A program made the position numbers and the translations under genes. 64,000 nt of DNA from an uncultured virus (IMG/VR IMGVR_UViG_3300047320_000346) (lineage: Duplodnaviria; Heunggongvirae; Uroviricota; Caudoviricetes), in the IMG/VR virus record IMGVR_UViG_3300047320_000346. One strand, written 5' to 3'. Below the pieces are notes generated by a model, which saw only the letters and a program-made list of their open reading frames with translations, ran no database searches and had not been told where the DNA came from. Below, piece by piece: positions 50,366 through 60,802 of this stretch (within the stretch, counting starts at the first letter, position 1; each line of letters begins with the position of its first letter).

Positions 50366-51154
50366 ATGTCCATTTTCCAACTTGGCAAGCGCATCATTGA
50401 AAAACGCGTAGACCAGGCGCAGGAACACCACAACGCCCTGCCGCGCGTGGACGTCGGCCTGCCCTACGGCGCGCAGATTGGTAGCCTTATGGAAGTGCCG
50501 CGTGCATCTTTCGCCATTCTCGATGGCACGCTGCTGAAGGTGCCGGCCTCCGCTCAGATGCAGGTCCAGGCGGTCGGCCGCGTGCGCCTCGATGCTGACC
50601 CGTCGCTCGAGATTTTCCGCCTGTACACGGAAGTGGGCGACCGCCAGACGGACGCGGGTCAGTCCTTCCTGCAGGTGCTTTCGAAAAACGGTCAGCCGGT
50701 CGAAGCGACCTTCTACCAGCAACTCTTCCGCCTTGTGCCGACCACGGCCGAAGAACAGGAACCGTATCTGGGCCAGGGCTATGGCCTGGGCGACAGCTGG
50801 TACAACCTGGAAGCCGACATGCTGGCGCTCGCGGGGTTCCCACCCGAGAAGATTGCCAAGCTGCTCGGTGAAGCGGAATCGCTCGATTATCAGCGCGATA
50901 CGCCCGTGGCCAGTGAATACGTCCGCCCCTACACGGCAGTCGAGAACCGGCTGGACGAATCGACTGGCACAAAAGGCATGCGTCAGAAGATGCATTTCAT
51001 GCCCTATGTCCGAATTCTGCCGGACGGAAATCGCGAAAACCTGTTGATTTCGTTCGAAATCGTCGACTCGGTTGACGGTAGCTGCGAGCCGGCGGTACAT
51101 GTCGATTTCCTCGTCGGGCTCACGCTTGAACCGTTGAAGGTGAAAGTCATCTAA
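50366..51154 (+). CDS. DUF2491/YjfK-like protein
   Basis: VQAVGRVRL..FRLY..FLQV..YQR..PYVRIL..ENLLI; next to a PspA-like gene. Confidence 0.65.
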   Translation: MSIFQLGKRIIEKRVDQAQEHHNALPRVDVGLPYGAQIGSLMEVPRASFAILDGTLLKVPASAQMQVQAVGRVRLDADPSLEIFRLYTEVGDRQTDAGQSFLQVLSKNGQPVEATFYQQLFRLVPTTAEEQEPYLGQGYGLGDSWYNLEADMLALAGFPPEKIAKLLGEAESLDYQRDTPVASEYVRPYTAVENRLDESTGTKGMRQKMHFMPYVRILPDGNRENLLISFEIVDSVDGSCEPAVHVDFLVGLTLEPLKVKVI

Positions 51155-51261
51155 CTTCAGATAGCGTTTTGTGTTATACTAAACGCTTTGTTGCATCAAT
51201 TAAAACCTTGGAGCGGCGCGCCGCGTCGACTCCGAACCGAACCACAGTAAAAGGAATCCAC

Positions 51262-52014
51262 ATGTCCGGCTGGAAGCTCTCCGCAGCACTAATCGTCAAG
51301 CAAATCGGTGCGCTGGGTGACACCGTCGCACAGGCACTCGTCTCGTTCGACCCCGAGACCGCCACCGAAGTCGACCGCGACAACCTGACACAGAAACTGC
51401 ACGACGCGGCAACGAAGCTGGCCTCGGCACGCCACGAATACGACGGCGTGAAAGTCAAGGCCGACCAGCTCGACGCGCAGATTGCGCAGGACACGAAGGC
51501 GGCCGGAATTCTGATTGCGAAATTCGACGCGAAGGAAATCGACGAGCAAACGCTCAACGAGTTCGCGAACAACCTCGAAGACATGAAAGGCCGCCAGCCG
51601 GCCGCGCAGCAGGATGTCGCCGACGCGAAGGAACTGGTCGACACGGTGCAAGGCATCGTGAACAGCATCGAGAAGAAGCTGAATGAGTTCGAAGCAAACG
51701 CCCAGAAGGCGCTGCGCGCCATCGCGCAAGCCCAGGCGAATCAGGACCGCGAAAACATGCGCCTGCAGAACCAGCAGGAGCTGCGCGACCTCCAGAGCGG
51801 TACCGGCTCGAGCTCGACCGCACTGGGCGCACTGAACCGCAAGGCAGAAAAGCTGCAGGTCGCCGCCGACGCTACGGCCATTCAGGCGGACATCGGCCAG
51901 AAGCCGATTGACCGCTCGAACGCCGTCGAAGAAGCTCGCCGCATCGCTGCGGGCACGGCAACGCCGGCGGCTGAGTCTGCCGCCGACCGGCTGCGCCGCC
52001 TGACGGGCAAGTAA
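51262..52014 (+). CDS. PspA/IM30-like coiled-coil protein
   Basis: All-helical coiled coil ending AADRLRRL; AAGGA RBS. Confidence 0.6.
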   Translation: MSGWKLSAALIVKQIGALGDTVAQALVSFDPETATEVDRDNLTQKLHDAATKLASARHEYDGVKVKADQLDAQIAQDTKAAGILIAKFDAKEIDEQTLNEFANNLEDMKGRQPAAQQDVADAKELVDTVQGIVNSIEKKLNEFEANAQKALRAIAQAQANQDRENMRLQNQQELRDLQSGTGSSSTALGALNRKAEKLQVAADATAIQADIGQKPIDRSNAVEEARRIAAGTATPAAESAADRLRRLTGK

Positions 52015-52034
52015 TCCCCGCTGGAGTTGTACGG

Positions 52035-52068
52035 AAGGCGCGAGGCTCACAAGGCCTCGCGCCTTTTT
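52035..52068 (+). terminator. intrinsic terminator
   Basis: AAGGCGCGAGGC/GCCTCGCGCCTT followed by a T run. Confidence 0.8.
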
Positions 52069-52139
52069 CATTGGAGGACCCATTTCGCGCTATACGTTAT
52101 TTTATGGTATAATGACGTTAATTCAAGGAGAGTTTTGGC

Positions 52140-52511
52140 ATGTCCTTCAAACTGTTTGTGCCCGCGCTCGGCACGCGTCTTAGGTTGACCCAGCCGTGGG
52201 ATTTCCGGCTCTTTAACGAACGTCGCAATGCAGGGCTGATGGCGTTGCTCGGCGACCCTCGGGAAATCAGCTACGACCCGCAGCCCTCGCACGCCACGCT
52301 GCCACCGGGCACTGAACTCATCATCGACCGGTACTTCATCAAGCACGGCATGAGTGACTTCGACAGCATCAGCTTTCGTATCAAGGGGGTGAGCGCGGTT
52401 GTGAAAGCGCGCTATTCCTTCGAAAAGGCCGCGAAACGTCAGGTGCGGTTCTGGGTCAAGCTCGAAGACGCAAACACCCTGCAAGTCGAAGTCGTGCCCG
52501 AGGAGGCTTAA
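52140..52511 (+). CDS. hypothetical protein (phage-like)
   Basis: AAGGAG RBS; TGGTATAAT upstream. Confidence 0.7.
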   Translation: MSFKLFVPALGTRLRLTQPWDFRLFNERRNAGLMALLGDPREISYDPQPSHATLPPGTELIIDRYFIKHGMSDFDSISFRIKGVSAVVKARYSFEKAAKRQVRFWVKLEDANTLQVEVVPEEA

Positions 52512-52512
52512 C

Positions 52513-52731
52513 GTGGCAATCATTGGCTGGCTTTTCGTTGTCGCAATCTTCTTCTCGCTGTCCATGACGTGGTGCGGACTCGCGGTTTTCAATCTCGGCG
52601 AATACACCATCGGCGGTGCGCACAACTCGCGGACGAAGAAACTCGTCATCATCGCGCTCGGTGTGGTCCTCCTGCTGGGCTGGTGGTTCGTTGTGGTCAA
52701 GCACGCGCCCTTCACTATCTCTTTCAGATAA
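52513..52731 (+). CDS. small two-TM membrane protein
   Basis: GAGGAGG RBS; two hydrophobic segments. Confidence 0.6.
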   Translation: MAIIGWLFVVAIFFSLSMTWCGLAVFNLGEYTIGGAHNSRTKKLVIIALGVVLLLGWWFVVVKHAPFTISFR

Positions 52732-52742
52732 AGCGACTTCGG

Positions 52743-53153
52743 ATGAAATCCATCGACGACGCACGCGAGCATATCGGTGCATTCCTGGGTGCCTGCAAAG
52801 ATACGGGCATGCAGCCTGACCACGTGCGCACGGTGCTGCTCGAATATCTCGGGCTGCCAGCTAACGAAGCGGCCGCAAGTACGCCGGGCCTGCGCTGGCT
52901 TGCCGAGGGCCAGCCCGACCCGCATGGCTCGTACTACGACCGTGAGCGTGCGGCGCTGACGCTGGGTCAGATGAGCGATGACGAACTCGCAAACGAAGCC
53001 TTCCTGAATTACGACCGACGCCCGCCTGTGGACAAGCTTCTCGCGGGCACCGCGTTTATGCCCCTTGCCTATATGACGGCCGTTAAAGAACGCATCCGCT
53101 GGCTTTCGCGCGCGCTCACCAAGGCGACGTCGCCCGCGTCGGCTACGAACTGA
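52743..53153 (+). CDS. phage Eaa/Ead-like accessory protein
   Basis: PDPHG..ERAALTLG..DDELAN..KERIRWLSRAL. Confidence 0.55.
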   Translation: MKSIDDAREHIGAFLGACKDTGMQPDHVRTVLLEYLGLPANEAAASTPGLRWLAEGQPDPHGSYYDRERAALTLGQMSDDELANEAFLNYDRRPPVDKLLAGTAFMPLAYMTAVKERIRWLSRALTKATSPASATN

Positions 53154-53258
53154 GCCTCCCAATCCGTGTTGACGGCAGCCAGGGAACGGCTCGGCGAACT
53201 ATCGAGGACGCTCCTCAAGGCGGCGTCCACGACATTCTCGAACAGAACAGGAGCACCT

Positions 53259-54089
53259 ATGCTGCAAACGTGGCGAAAACCCTCAACAGCGGCACCGGCA
53301 GTCGTTTACCGGGGTCAAGGCAAGGGACGCGATTTCATTATCGGTGACCGGCACGGGGTGCAGCACCCTATCGCGCGCGCACTCGACGCCGTGAACTTCG
53401 ACCCGGCAGTGGACCGCCTGTTTTCGGTCGGCGACCTGGTCGACCGCGGCGACTATTCGGCTGAGGCGCTCGAGCTGCTCAATCAGCCCTGGTTCTTTGC
53501 CACGCTCGGCAATCATGAGCAGATGGTGCTCGACCTGTATGCGCACGGTTCGCTGGACCTGGACTCGCTTCGGCACCATGTCGCGCGAAATGGCATGGCC
53601 TGGTGGCTCTCGACGCCGCCGGAGCGGCAAGCCGCCATCCTGGATGCGTTCGCACGTCTGCCAATCGTGATGGAGTTGAATACCGTGCGCGGCTCGGTCG
53701 GCATCATCCACGCAGAAGTACCCATTGGCATGAACTGGCCAACATTCATCGCGAACATCGAAGCCGGTGACCGCCATACAATTAAGAGCGCGCTGTGGGG
53801 CCGCGTGCGCACGACGCAAAACGACACGTCCGGTGTTGCTGGCATCGACCGGGTGTTCGCCGGTCACACGCCGCAGTTCGATGGCGCGATGCGCCTTGGA
53901 AACTGCTATTTCATCGACACGGGTGCGGTGTTTGGCGAAAAGGGAATTGCACCGGGAAAGCTGACCATGGCCAACGTGCTGTGCCAGACGGTTGTGATTG
54001 ACGCGCGCGAGCCGACCGTGCTGCCGCTCGTGGACCTCTTCGCAGACGAAGGCACCGGCCGGTTTGGCCAGTACGCGCGGCGCTGGTAA
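53259..54089 (+). CDS. PPP-family metallophosphoesterase (PphA/NinI-like)
   Basis: GDxHG, GDLVDRG, GNHE, GHTP, IDTGAVF. Confidence 0.9.
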   Translation: MLQTWRKPSTAAPAVVYRGQGKGRDFIIGDRHGVQHPIARALDAVNFDPAVDRLFSVGDLVDRGDYSAEALELLNQPWFFATLGNHEQMVLDLYAHGSLDLDSLRHHVARNGMAWWLSTPPERQAAILDAFARLPIVMELNTVRGSVGIIHAEVPIGMNWPTFIANIEAGDRHTIKSALWGRVRTTQNDTSGVAGIDRVFAGHTPQFDGAMRLGNCYFIDTGAVFGEKGIAPGKLTMANVLCQTVVIDAREPTVLPLVDLFADEGTGRFGQYARRW

Positions 54090-54091
54090 GC

Positions 54092-54424
54092 ATGGCTGTC
54101 TACGTCGATGACATGCAGGCTCAGTACGGCCGCATGAAGATGTGCCACATGATTGGCGAAACGGACGCCGAGCTCCATGCGATGGCGGCGCGCATCGGCG
54201 TCGCACGCAAGTGGCATCAGAAACCTGGCACGCCCCGCAGTCATTACGACATCTGTCTTTCGAAGAAGGCGCTCGCGCTGGCCGCGGGCGCTATCCCCAT
54301 TACCTGGAAGCAGGCCGGCGCCATGACCGCGCGGCGCCGCGAAACGGGCGAGCTCGGCGACCCTTCGACCGCAATCGAGTGGTTGACGGCCTGGAATGCT
54401 TCGCGCAAATCACAGCCCGCATAA
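54092..54424 (+). CDS. DUF4031 family protein
   Basis: MAVYVDD..MCHM..ELHAMA..SHYDI. Confidence 0.8.
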   Translation: MAVYVDDMQAQYGRMKMCHMIGETDAELHAMAARIGVARKWHQKPGTPRSHYDICLSKKALALAAGAIPITWKQAGAMTARRRETGELGDPSTAIEWLTAWNASRKSQPA

Positions 54425-54527
54425 CTGACGCGGGCGCGTTACATCACTACCACGTCCGAGGCGGCCTTCCGACTCGCTCGGCCGAGCTATACGGCTATGG
54501 GCTATCAACCAGAGGAGGAAACAAGCC

Positions 54528-54971
54528 ATGAAGAACGTAGTGAGTATTTTGCTGAACGATTTGACGCCGATGTCGGACCGTATGACCGTACTGTTGGACA
54601 ATTCGGTTCTCGGCGTAGTCGACCTTCGTGTTGTCGAAGACCAGGAAAGCCCGGTTCTGCCGGCGCTTATCCTGCTCGGCTTCAACACGGTTCGCCTTGT
54701 CAGTGAGGCAGGCGGTGAATCGCGCTACACCGTGTCGGACTTGCTGAAGAGCAAGCCTGTCACGTATCTGCTCCCGATGCCGTCGTTGGGAGACGTCACG
54801 CTCACACGTCGCTGGAGCGAACCGCTCGAGGAATATCGCCTGGATGTCGCCTTCAACGGCGGGCCAGTCCAAAGCGTGGATGCGGGGATGGGCCTGCGGA
54901 CGCTGCGCGAAACACTCGTGCAATTGGGTTTTACGGTCGGCTCGTTCGAAGAGTTCGCGCAAGCCGCGTAA
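54528..54971 (+). CDS. hypothetical protein
   Basis: GAGGAGG RBS. Confidence 0.65.
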   Translation: MKNVVSILLNDLTPMSDRMTVLLDNSVLGVVDLRVVEDQESPVLPALILLGFNTVRLVSEAGGESRYTVSDLLKSKPVTYLLPMPSLGDVTLTRRWSEPLEEYRLDVAFNGGPVQSVDAGMGLRTLRETLVQLGFTVGSFEEFAQAA

Positions 54972-55048
54972 GTCCTGTATCAACTCTAAGGACTCCCTTT
55001 CTCCGGGAGTCCTTTCTCATTGGCGCGAGCCTCAATGGCCGCCACGCA

Positions 55049-56647
55049 TCAGGCGGTAATCAGGAACGGCGAGCGGTCCTCGGCATCGCGAATCCATGCG
55101 GGCGCACTACCCCGGCCAGACCATGTCACGCCCGATGCGGGGTCGCGATATTTCGCAGGGACGCTGGCCTTTTTCGTGGTGGTTTTGACTTTCACTTTCG
55201 CGTTGGGCACGACTACCGCATCGTCTGTTACAGCGCCCGATTCAACCAAGAACCTCGTCCGGTTTTTCACATTCGCAATCCACGCCGGGGGACGGCCAAG
55301 GCCACTCCACGCCTCACCCGTCTTGGGATTCAGGTATTTTGGGGACAATTTACTTTTGCCCGCCATCTGACCCTTGGTTGCCTTCCCCGAATTGATACCG
55401 TGTTTTTTTGTAGAACGGGGAGTGTTTTCCAGTTGCTCCAAAGTAAGGTCGTGCTCTTGCATAAGGGCACGAATCTGGTCGAGAGCGCCTAGCTTTACCT
55501 TTGCCTTCAAGGCTTCTGCTTGATTTTGCAACTTCTGAATACGAGCGTTGATAACGTCCAACGTTGCCATGGGGTCTTGTCCTCCAGTTAGAACTGTTTC
55601 CGAATCACTTGGGTCCGTATCGTACCAAACCGGGTCCTCGGCCTGATTCGTCGAATACGGGCCTAAACCGGTGTTAGTTCCGCGTACAGCTTCCGGCTCG
55701 TTTTGCAGGTCAGGCTCAAATTGATTCACGCCAACTTTGAGTGCCCTGCGGACATTAGTAGAAAATCCGGTCGCCAAATAACTTGCCGCCTTGCCTTGCG
55801 GCAAGAGTTTTGCCAGTATCGCCTCCATGTCAACCCAGAACGCATCAACTGAAGTGCCATCAGGCAAAATCCACGTGAAAAGATAGTCTGCCTTTCCCTG
55901 CTTTTCAAGTTTCGTGCTACTTGCCGGCGCAATAAACATATGCAGGCTCTTACGCTTGAGCGTGGCGAGCGTTGACTGAACTACCTCGCCAGTGCAGGAC
56001 TTCCATGGATAACTTGCTAACTCCCCTTTCCATGTCGCGAGCATGAGTTCGTAGCCCGGTTCAATAGCCGCACCCAAGCGGGCCACCTTCTTGAGCTTGT
56101 CTGCTGGCCCCTGAAAGGTACCCAGCTTATAGGGCGTCAGGTGCACCACTTTGCCGGCCGAAGTTTCAAAATAATAGGTGGCAGCTGCGCCGAGCCATTT
56201 TGTCGAAATCAGCTTAAGCGATTTTCGAGCCGCCTGTTGGGCCAGCCTATCAAGGTCAGGGACATAAACGGGCGGACCTTTATCCCGGGCTGGGGAATGC
56301 GTTACGCGTTTGACCAGATGAAGGCGGTTCCGCGTCGTCGCGGGCCACGGTATCTTTTTGTAGCCCAGATTTTCGCCATTGTCATCGACCACCCGGTAAT
56401 TCTCGAACGGACCAAGCCATGGTCCGCCGACGAACAGCCAGCCTCGCGCACGCAACAGCTTGACCGCTTCCACTACGTCGTCGATAAAGCCGCCCTTCAG
56501 TCGCACCAGCAAGACTTCGGGTGGGCTGTCGTAATACAGCCGCTCGGGCAAGGTTAGCCTGAGCATAGGTCGGTCCTCAGGGCCCTCCAGCACGTCGACA
56601 GGAAAGGTACCTGCCAAAGTGCGAATCTCCGAAATTAGGTCAGACAT
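55049..56647 (-). CDS. H-NS family protein with two DNA-binding domains and a long unknown N-terminal extension
   Basis: KYLNPKTGEAWSGLGRPPAWI and KYRDPASGVTWSGRGSAPAWI; internal GGAGG-ATG at 55570. Confidence 0.75.
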   Translation of the reverse strand: MSDLISEIRTLAGTFPVDVLEGPEDRPMLRLTLPERLYYDSPPEVLLVRLKGGFIDDVVEAVKLLRARGWLFVGGPWLGPFENYRVVDDNGENLGYKKIPWPATTRNRLHLVKRVTHSPARDKGPPVYVPDLDRLAQQAARKSLKLISTKWLGAAATYYFETSAGKVVHLTPYKLGTFQGPADKLKKVARLGAAIEPGYELMLATWKGELASYPWKSCTGEVVQSTLATLKRKSLHMFIAPASSTKLEKQGKADYLFTWILPDGTSVDAFWVDMEAILAKLLPQGKAASYLATGFSTNVRRALKVGVNQFEPDLQNEPEAVRGTNTGLGPYSTNQAEDPVWYDTDPSDSETVLTGGQDPMATLDVINARIQKLQNQAEALKAKVKLGALDQIRALMQEHDLTLEQLENTPRSTKKHGINSGKATKGQMAGKSKLSPKYLNPKTGEAWSGLGRPPAWIANVKNRTRFLVESGAVTDDAVVVPNAKVKVKTTTKKASVPAKYRDPASGVTWSGRGSAPAWIRDAEDRSPFLITA

Positions 56648-56791
56648 AGGGATTATTTAGAGTCTTGCACTAGACGGCCACTATAGTGTGCGGCCTGCAA
56701 AAAGAAAACCCTCCATGCCGAAGCAATGGAGGGTCGTTGAGGAGTTTCGCTTACCTGTCAGCGCGGACTATATAGCCCGCACATTCAGAAA

Positions 56792-59026
56792 TCACGCAAA
56801 GCTGATTTCGCACGCACCGCCGGCGCAACCTTGCGATGCCAACGTGTCGACATCGACATAGTCACGCTTTGCCAGCGCTTCCGAGAAGTCGATTTCCTTC
56901 ATGGTCTTCTGGATGCTCACCCACTTGTGCAGGTTGTAGCAATCCTTCACGCAGAAGGAAGTCTTCAGCTCGTCACCGCCGAAGAAGCTTTGCGCGAACT
57001 TTGCGAATCGACGAACCCAGTCACGCTTGAGCAGGTCGGACGCTTCGTCCGTCAGCTTCAGGCCGGAGCCCATCGCCGTGTCGCACGCCATCCACAGGTT
57101 TCCGTTGAAGGCGGCCAGGCCGTCAACAATCAGTCCCGAGGCAAACATGCTGGCATCACCGTACAGGCGCAGGATGTCTTCTGCGGTCTGCACTTCCGTG
57201 AACGGGGCCTGCGCATACGCCTTGTCGCCGAAAGCCGACAGCAGCGAAATGCCAGCGAACCATTCGCGGTTATCGAAGATGTACTGCTCCACTTCATCCC
57301 AGTCGTCCACCGAAATGGTGTTCGAGATGTTGTGGCGCAACTTCGGATGCACGCACAGTTCGACGTTGGTGCCGTTTTCCACCCAGAACTGCTGGGCCTT
57401 CTTCACGAAATCCAGCTGCTTGACGCCCATCAGGTCGGCCTTGTAGATGGAACCCTCTTTCGAGACCACCGGGAAGCTGACCACGATGTCGGTGCCGTTG
57501 CTGCTCCAGACGCTCCTCTCAACCATTTTCGGGTTGATGTCGAGAATCAGCTTGGCCACTTCATCATCGACGTTCATCTGCACGTTGCGGAAATACAGCG
57601 GCGAGTGCTCACCGTGGATACCGGAACCCGTGCCCAGCAAAACCGACGCGTTGCCCGAAGGCTTGGCGCAGGTCGTACGGGCCGCGGCACGGATACCCAA
57701 CAGCTTCGCGACCTTGCGGTTCGTCTCCTTCACGATTTCAGCGGCCTTCTTCAGCACGCTTTCGTCGAAGAGCACCTGCGGATTGTTCATCCAGCCGGTG
57801 ATGGAGACGCCGATGAGTGCCTCGTGCGAGGTGATACGACGCGTTGCGTCACTCAGGTACTTGAAGTTGGTGTAACCCGCCTGCAATGTACCCAGAATGG
57901 CACCCGCTTCGGCCGCCTGGTAAAGACGCTCCGGGCTCACGCACTTGCCGCCGTTAATTTCGGTCAGGTTGCAGAACTGGAAGCCCGACTCACCCGTTTC
58001 GACGCAAATCGGACGCATCCCGATTTCCACGCACGGGTTATACGCGAAGTCGAAGTCGTCCACGAAGATGAAACCGGGTTCGCCGAAATCACGCACAGAG
58101 CGCATGATGGCGGCCCATTCTTCGCGGGTCAGCTCGTCTTTCTTCAGCACCACCGAGTTGTTGCTACGGCCGCGCTGCGGATTGTCGACGAACCAGTTAC
58201 CCGTCTTCGCTTTCAGCATCTCGTCATCGAACTTGTCGAACAGACAGATGGTGGCCGAACGGCGCACACCACCCGACAGCACGGCATCCGACATGTGCAT
58301 TACGAAGTCATAGACGACGATAGCGCGCATGTTGTCGCGACCTTCAGCCAGCGAACGCTCGAGGAGCGCTTCGCACTTCACGAGTGCATTGCGCAGACCA
58401 TCCGCGCCCGGCGCCTTGAAGCCGCCCGAAATCAACGAGCCCTTCGGACGAATCTTCGAGAAGTCGAAGAGGACCGGCGTGCCCTTGTAATCCGGGAACG
58501 TACCGCCATCCACGAAATACGAGGACAGCAGCACGCCGAACGCGTCTGCCCAACCTTCGATGCTGTCAGGCACCTGGAACACCTTCGCGCTGTCAGCCGA
58601 ACGCGCCTGAATGCGCGGAAGCTTCGAGACGTGGCGTTCCTGCACTGAAAAGCCAACTCCGCATCCACATAAAAGCAGGTAGAGAGCCTCCTGAAAGAAT
58701 GCAGCGCGGTCAGCATGCGAAACCGAGCAGTTGTACATCTTTGCTTCGTGGCGCAGAAGCTGTTCGCCGCCGAACTGCAGCGCGCGTTGCGCGCCAAGCA
58801 CGAGCTGCGAACCGTATGCCGCCTGTGCCTTGGCCATGTAGGCTTCGAGCTCCGGCGTCATCCGGTCAGCGTACTTGCCCCGGTGCATCGACATCACACG
58901 CTCCACGGATTCATCCCAGGTTTCGTAGGCGCCTTTGGCTTCGACCCAGCGGGAATAGCCCATGAAGAACTTGGATTGGGACAGCATTTGCTTGCCCAGC
59001 GACGTATTTTGGGTAGTGTTGGTCAT
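56792..59026 (-). CDS. nrdJ: class II (B12-dependent) ribonucleotide reductase, monomeric type
   Basis: GGVRRSA, NPCVEI, CNLTE, KPSGN, C-terminal CAGGAC; no nrdB adjacent. Confidence 0.8.
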   Translation of the reverse strand: MTNTTQNTSLGKQMLSQSKFFMGYSRWVEAKGAYETWDESVERVMSMHRGKYADRMTPELEAYMAKAQAAYGSQLVLGAQRALQFGGEQLLRHEAKMYNCSVSHADRAAFFQEALYLLLCGCGVGFSVQERHVSKLPRIQARSADSAKVFQVPDSIEGWADAFGVLLSSYFVDGGTFPDYKGTPVLFDFSKIRPKGSLISGGFKAPGADGLRNALVKCEALLERSLAEGRDNMRAIVVYDFVMHMSDAVLSGGVRRSATICLFDKFDDEMLKAKTGNWFVDNPQRGRSNNSVVLKKDELTREEWAAIMRSVRDFGEPGFIFVDDFDFAYNPCVEIGMRPICVETGESGFQFCNLTEINGGKCVSPERLYQAAEAGAILGTLQAGYTNFKYLSDATRRITSHEALIGVSITGWMNNPQVLFDESVLKKAAEIVKETNRKVAKLLGIRAAARTTCAKPSGNASVLLGTGSGIHGEHSPLYFRNVQMNVDDEVAKLILDINPKMVERSVWSSNGTDIVVSFPVVSKEGSIYKADLMGVKQLDFVKKAQQFWVENGTNVELCVHPKLRHNISNTISVDDWDEVEQYIFDNREWFAGISLLSAFGDKAYAQAPFTEVQTAEDILRLYGDASMFASGLIVDGLAAFNGNLWMACDTAMGSGLKLTDEASDLLKRDWVRRFAKFAQSFFGGDELKTSFCVKDCYNLHKWVSIQKTMKEIDFSEALAKRDYVDVDTLASQGCAGGACEISFA

Positions 59027-59220
59027 GATGAATGTTTCCTCTATTTTTAACAGCGAAATTGCTGCAAATCAGTATAGAGGTGATGTTGACAGATGCGCGT
59101 TATACGGTATGCGGCAATCAAAACGCTGACCGGAAACTGCTTGATATTGCGCGGAAACTTGCGTCTGTACGCATTTCATAGTATAGTTCAATGCATACCC
59201 AGAACGCCACAAGGAATCGC

Positions 59221-60318
59221 ATGTCCCGTGTCTACCGCCGTGATGGCAACGCTTTCTTTCCCACCAGCACCGAGTCGCTGGCCATTGAAGAAAAGCTCCC
59301 GCCGGGCACGTACTCGGTATGCCACAGTCCGCTCACCGGCTTTTACGTCCAGCGCATCGCTGACTTCGACCTGCCGCCCAAGCTCTACGGCGAAGTGAAC
59401 CAGCAGGCGAGCCGCATCATGGATACCTTCCTGAGCCGGCCTGCCGGCACCGGCGTGCTGCTCTCGGGCCAGAAGGGTGCGGGCAAGACGATGCTTACCA
59501 AGCGGATTGCGCAAAAGGCACAGGCAGACCTGGGCATTCCCACGCTGGTGGTCAACGACCCGTATCACGGCGACGAATTCAACGCCTTCATCGGCGGTAT
59601 GACGCAGGCAGCCGTCGTCCTCTTCGACGAGTTCGAAAAGGTCTACAAACCTGAAGAGCAGCAACATCTGCTCACCCTTTTCGATGGCCTATTTCCGTCG
59701 AAAAAGCTCTACCTGCTTACCTGCAATGCGCGCCACCGCATCGACCAGCACATGATTAATCGACCGGGGCGCCTGTATTACGCGCTGGACTTCGCTGGCC
59801 TGTCGAAAGTGTTCATCGAGGAGTACTGCGTCGACAAGCTGGAGAACAAGGCCAACCTGCGCGGCGTGCTCAATGTCGGCGCGTTCTTCACCGAATTCTC
59901 GTTCGACATGCTGCAGGCGCTCGTCGAAGAAATGAACCGCTATGGCGAGACCGCCAGCCAGGCGATGCGGATGCTGAACATGCGCCCGCAAAGCGAAGAC
60001 GGTGGCAGCTATGAAATTAAAGGCTTCCGCGACGGCCAGCCAATCCTGTGTGACGGCCAGAGTGCCGACTCGCTCAACCGGAGCCCGCTCAGCATGAACG
60101 GCATGGAAGTGACGTTCTACGCATTCGATGAGGGCGAAGTACCCGAGGGTGGGTTGAGCGCCCACGAGACGGTTGAATTGGACGTGAACAACCTCCTGTC
60201 GGTTGACCTCGATGCGGGCCGATTCGTGTTTGGCACGAAGGACCCCGGTGTAGTCGTCCACTTTGTGCGCCGTCGCATACACGTTTCTGCTGTGAACTAC
60301 GAAGCGCTCGCCGCCTGA
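59221..60318 (+). CDS. AAA+ ATPase (phage type)
   Basis: GQKGAGKT, LFDEFEK, NRPGR. Confidence 0.85.
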   Translation: MSRVYRRDGNAFFPTSTESLAIEEKLPPGTYSVCHSPLTGFYVQRIADFDLPPKLYGEVNQQASRIMDTFLSRPAGTGVLLSGQKGAGKTMLTKRIAQKAQADLGIPTLVVNDPYHGDEFNAFIGGMTQAAVVLFDEFEKVYKPEEQQHLLTLFDGLFPSKKLYLLTCNARHRIDQHMINRPGRLYYALDFAGLSKVFIEEYCVDKLENKANLRGVLNVGAFFTEFSFDMLQALVEEMNRYGETASQAMRMLNMRPQSEDGGSYEIKGFRDGQPILCDGQSADSLNRSPLSMNGMEVTFYAFDEGEVPEGGLSAHETVELDVNNLLSVDLDAGRFVFGTKDPGVVVHFVRRRIHVSAVNYEALAA

Positions 60319-60355
60319 ACCCGCGCCGCCGGGCCACCCACCAAAAAAGGCAGAT

Positions 60356-60784
60356 ATGACGTCCACCCTGGGAACTATCCTCAAGCAAACCGCAGCAGCT
60401 GATGTCGCCGCCGCTGAGGCGCGGGTGCAGCGCGAGCAGGCGCAGGCCGCAGCTCAACGCGTCGAGGACCGCAAGGAAACAGTCGCACTCTTTGCGTCGT
60501 ATAAGGTGCGAATTGAAAGCTCGATACTAAATTCCGGGCGGTTTATCCCCATTGAACTGCGGACTGCGGACCGCGTGGGGCGTATCCAGAAGCTCCTCGG
60601 CCTCTACGACGACGGCAAGCGCATCGATGCAGCAACGCATGCAAACCACGACGTCTGGCTCGAATTCATAGCCTGGTCTCGCGAACAGGGTCTGGAAGTG
60701 AGCATCGCTTATGACTTCTCGGACGAGTGCAATGACGCGGGCCCTGAAGACGCTTGGTACGAGATGCGCGGCGTCGCGCTGTGA
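60356..60784 (+). CDS. hypothetical protein
   Basis: 142 aa co-directional ORF. Confidence 0.6.
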   Translation: MTSTLGTILKQTAAADVAAAEARVQREQAQAAAQRVEDRKETVALFASYKVRIESSILNSGRFIPIELRTADRVGRIQKLLGLYDDGKRIDAATHANHDVWLEFIAWSREQGLEVSIAYDFSDECNDAGPEDAWYEMRGVAL

Positions 60785-60802
60785 CCCTCGGGTGAGCTTG
60801 CA

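Noticed and set aside
56831..58648. 605-aa plus-strand ORF (and similar ones at 6732, 28032, 31529, 32984)
   Set aside because: Antisense shadows of clearly recognisable genes in high-GC DNA
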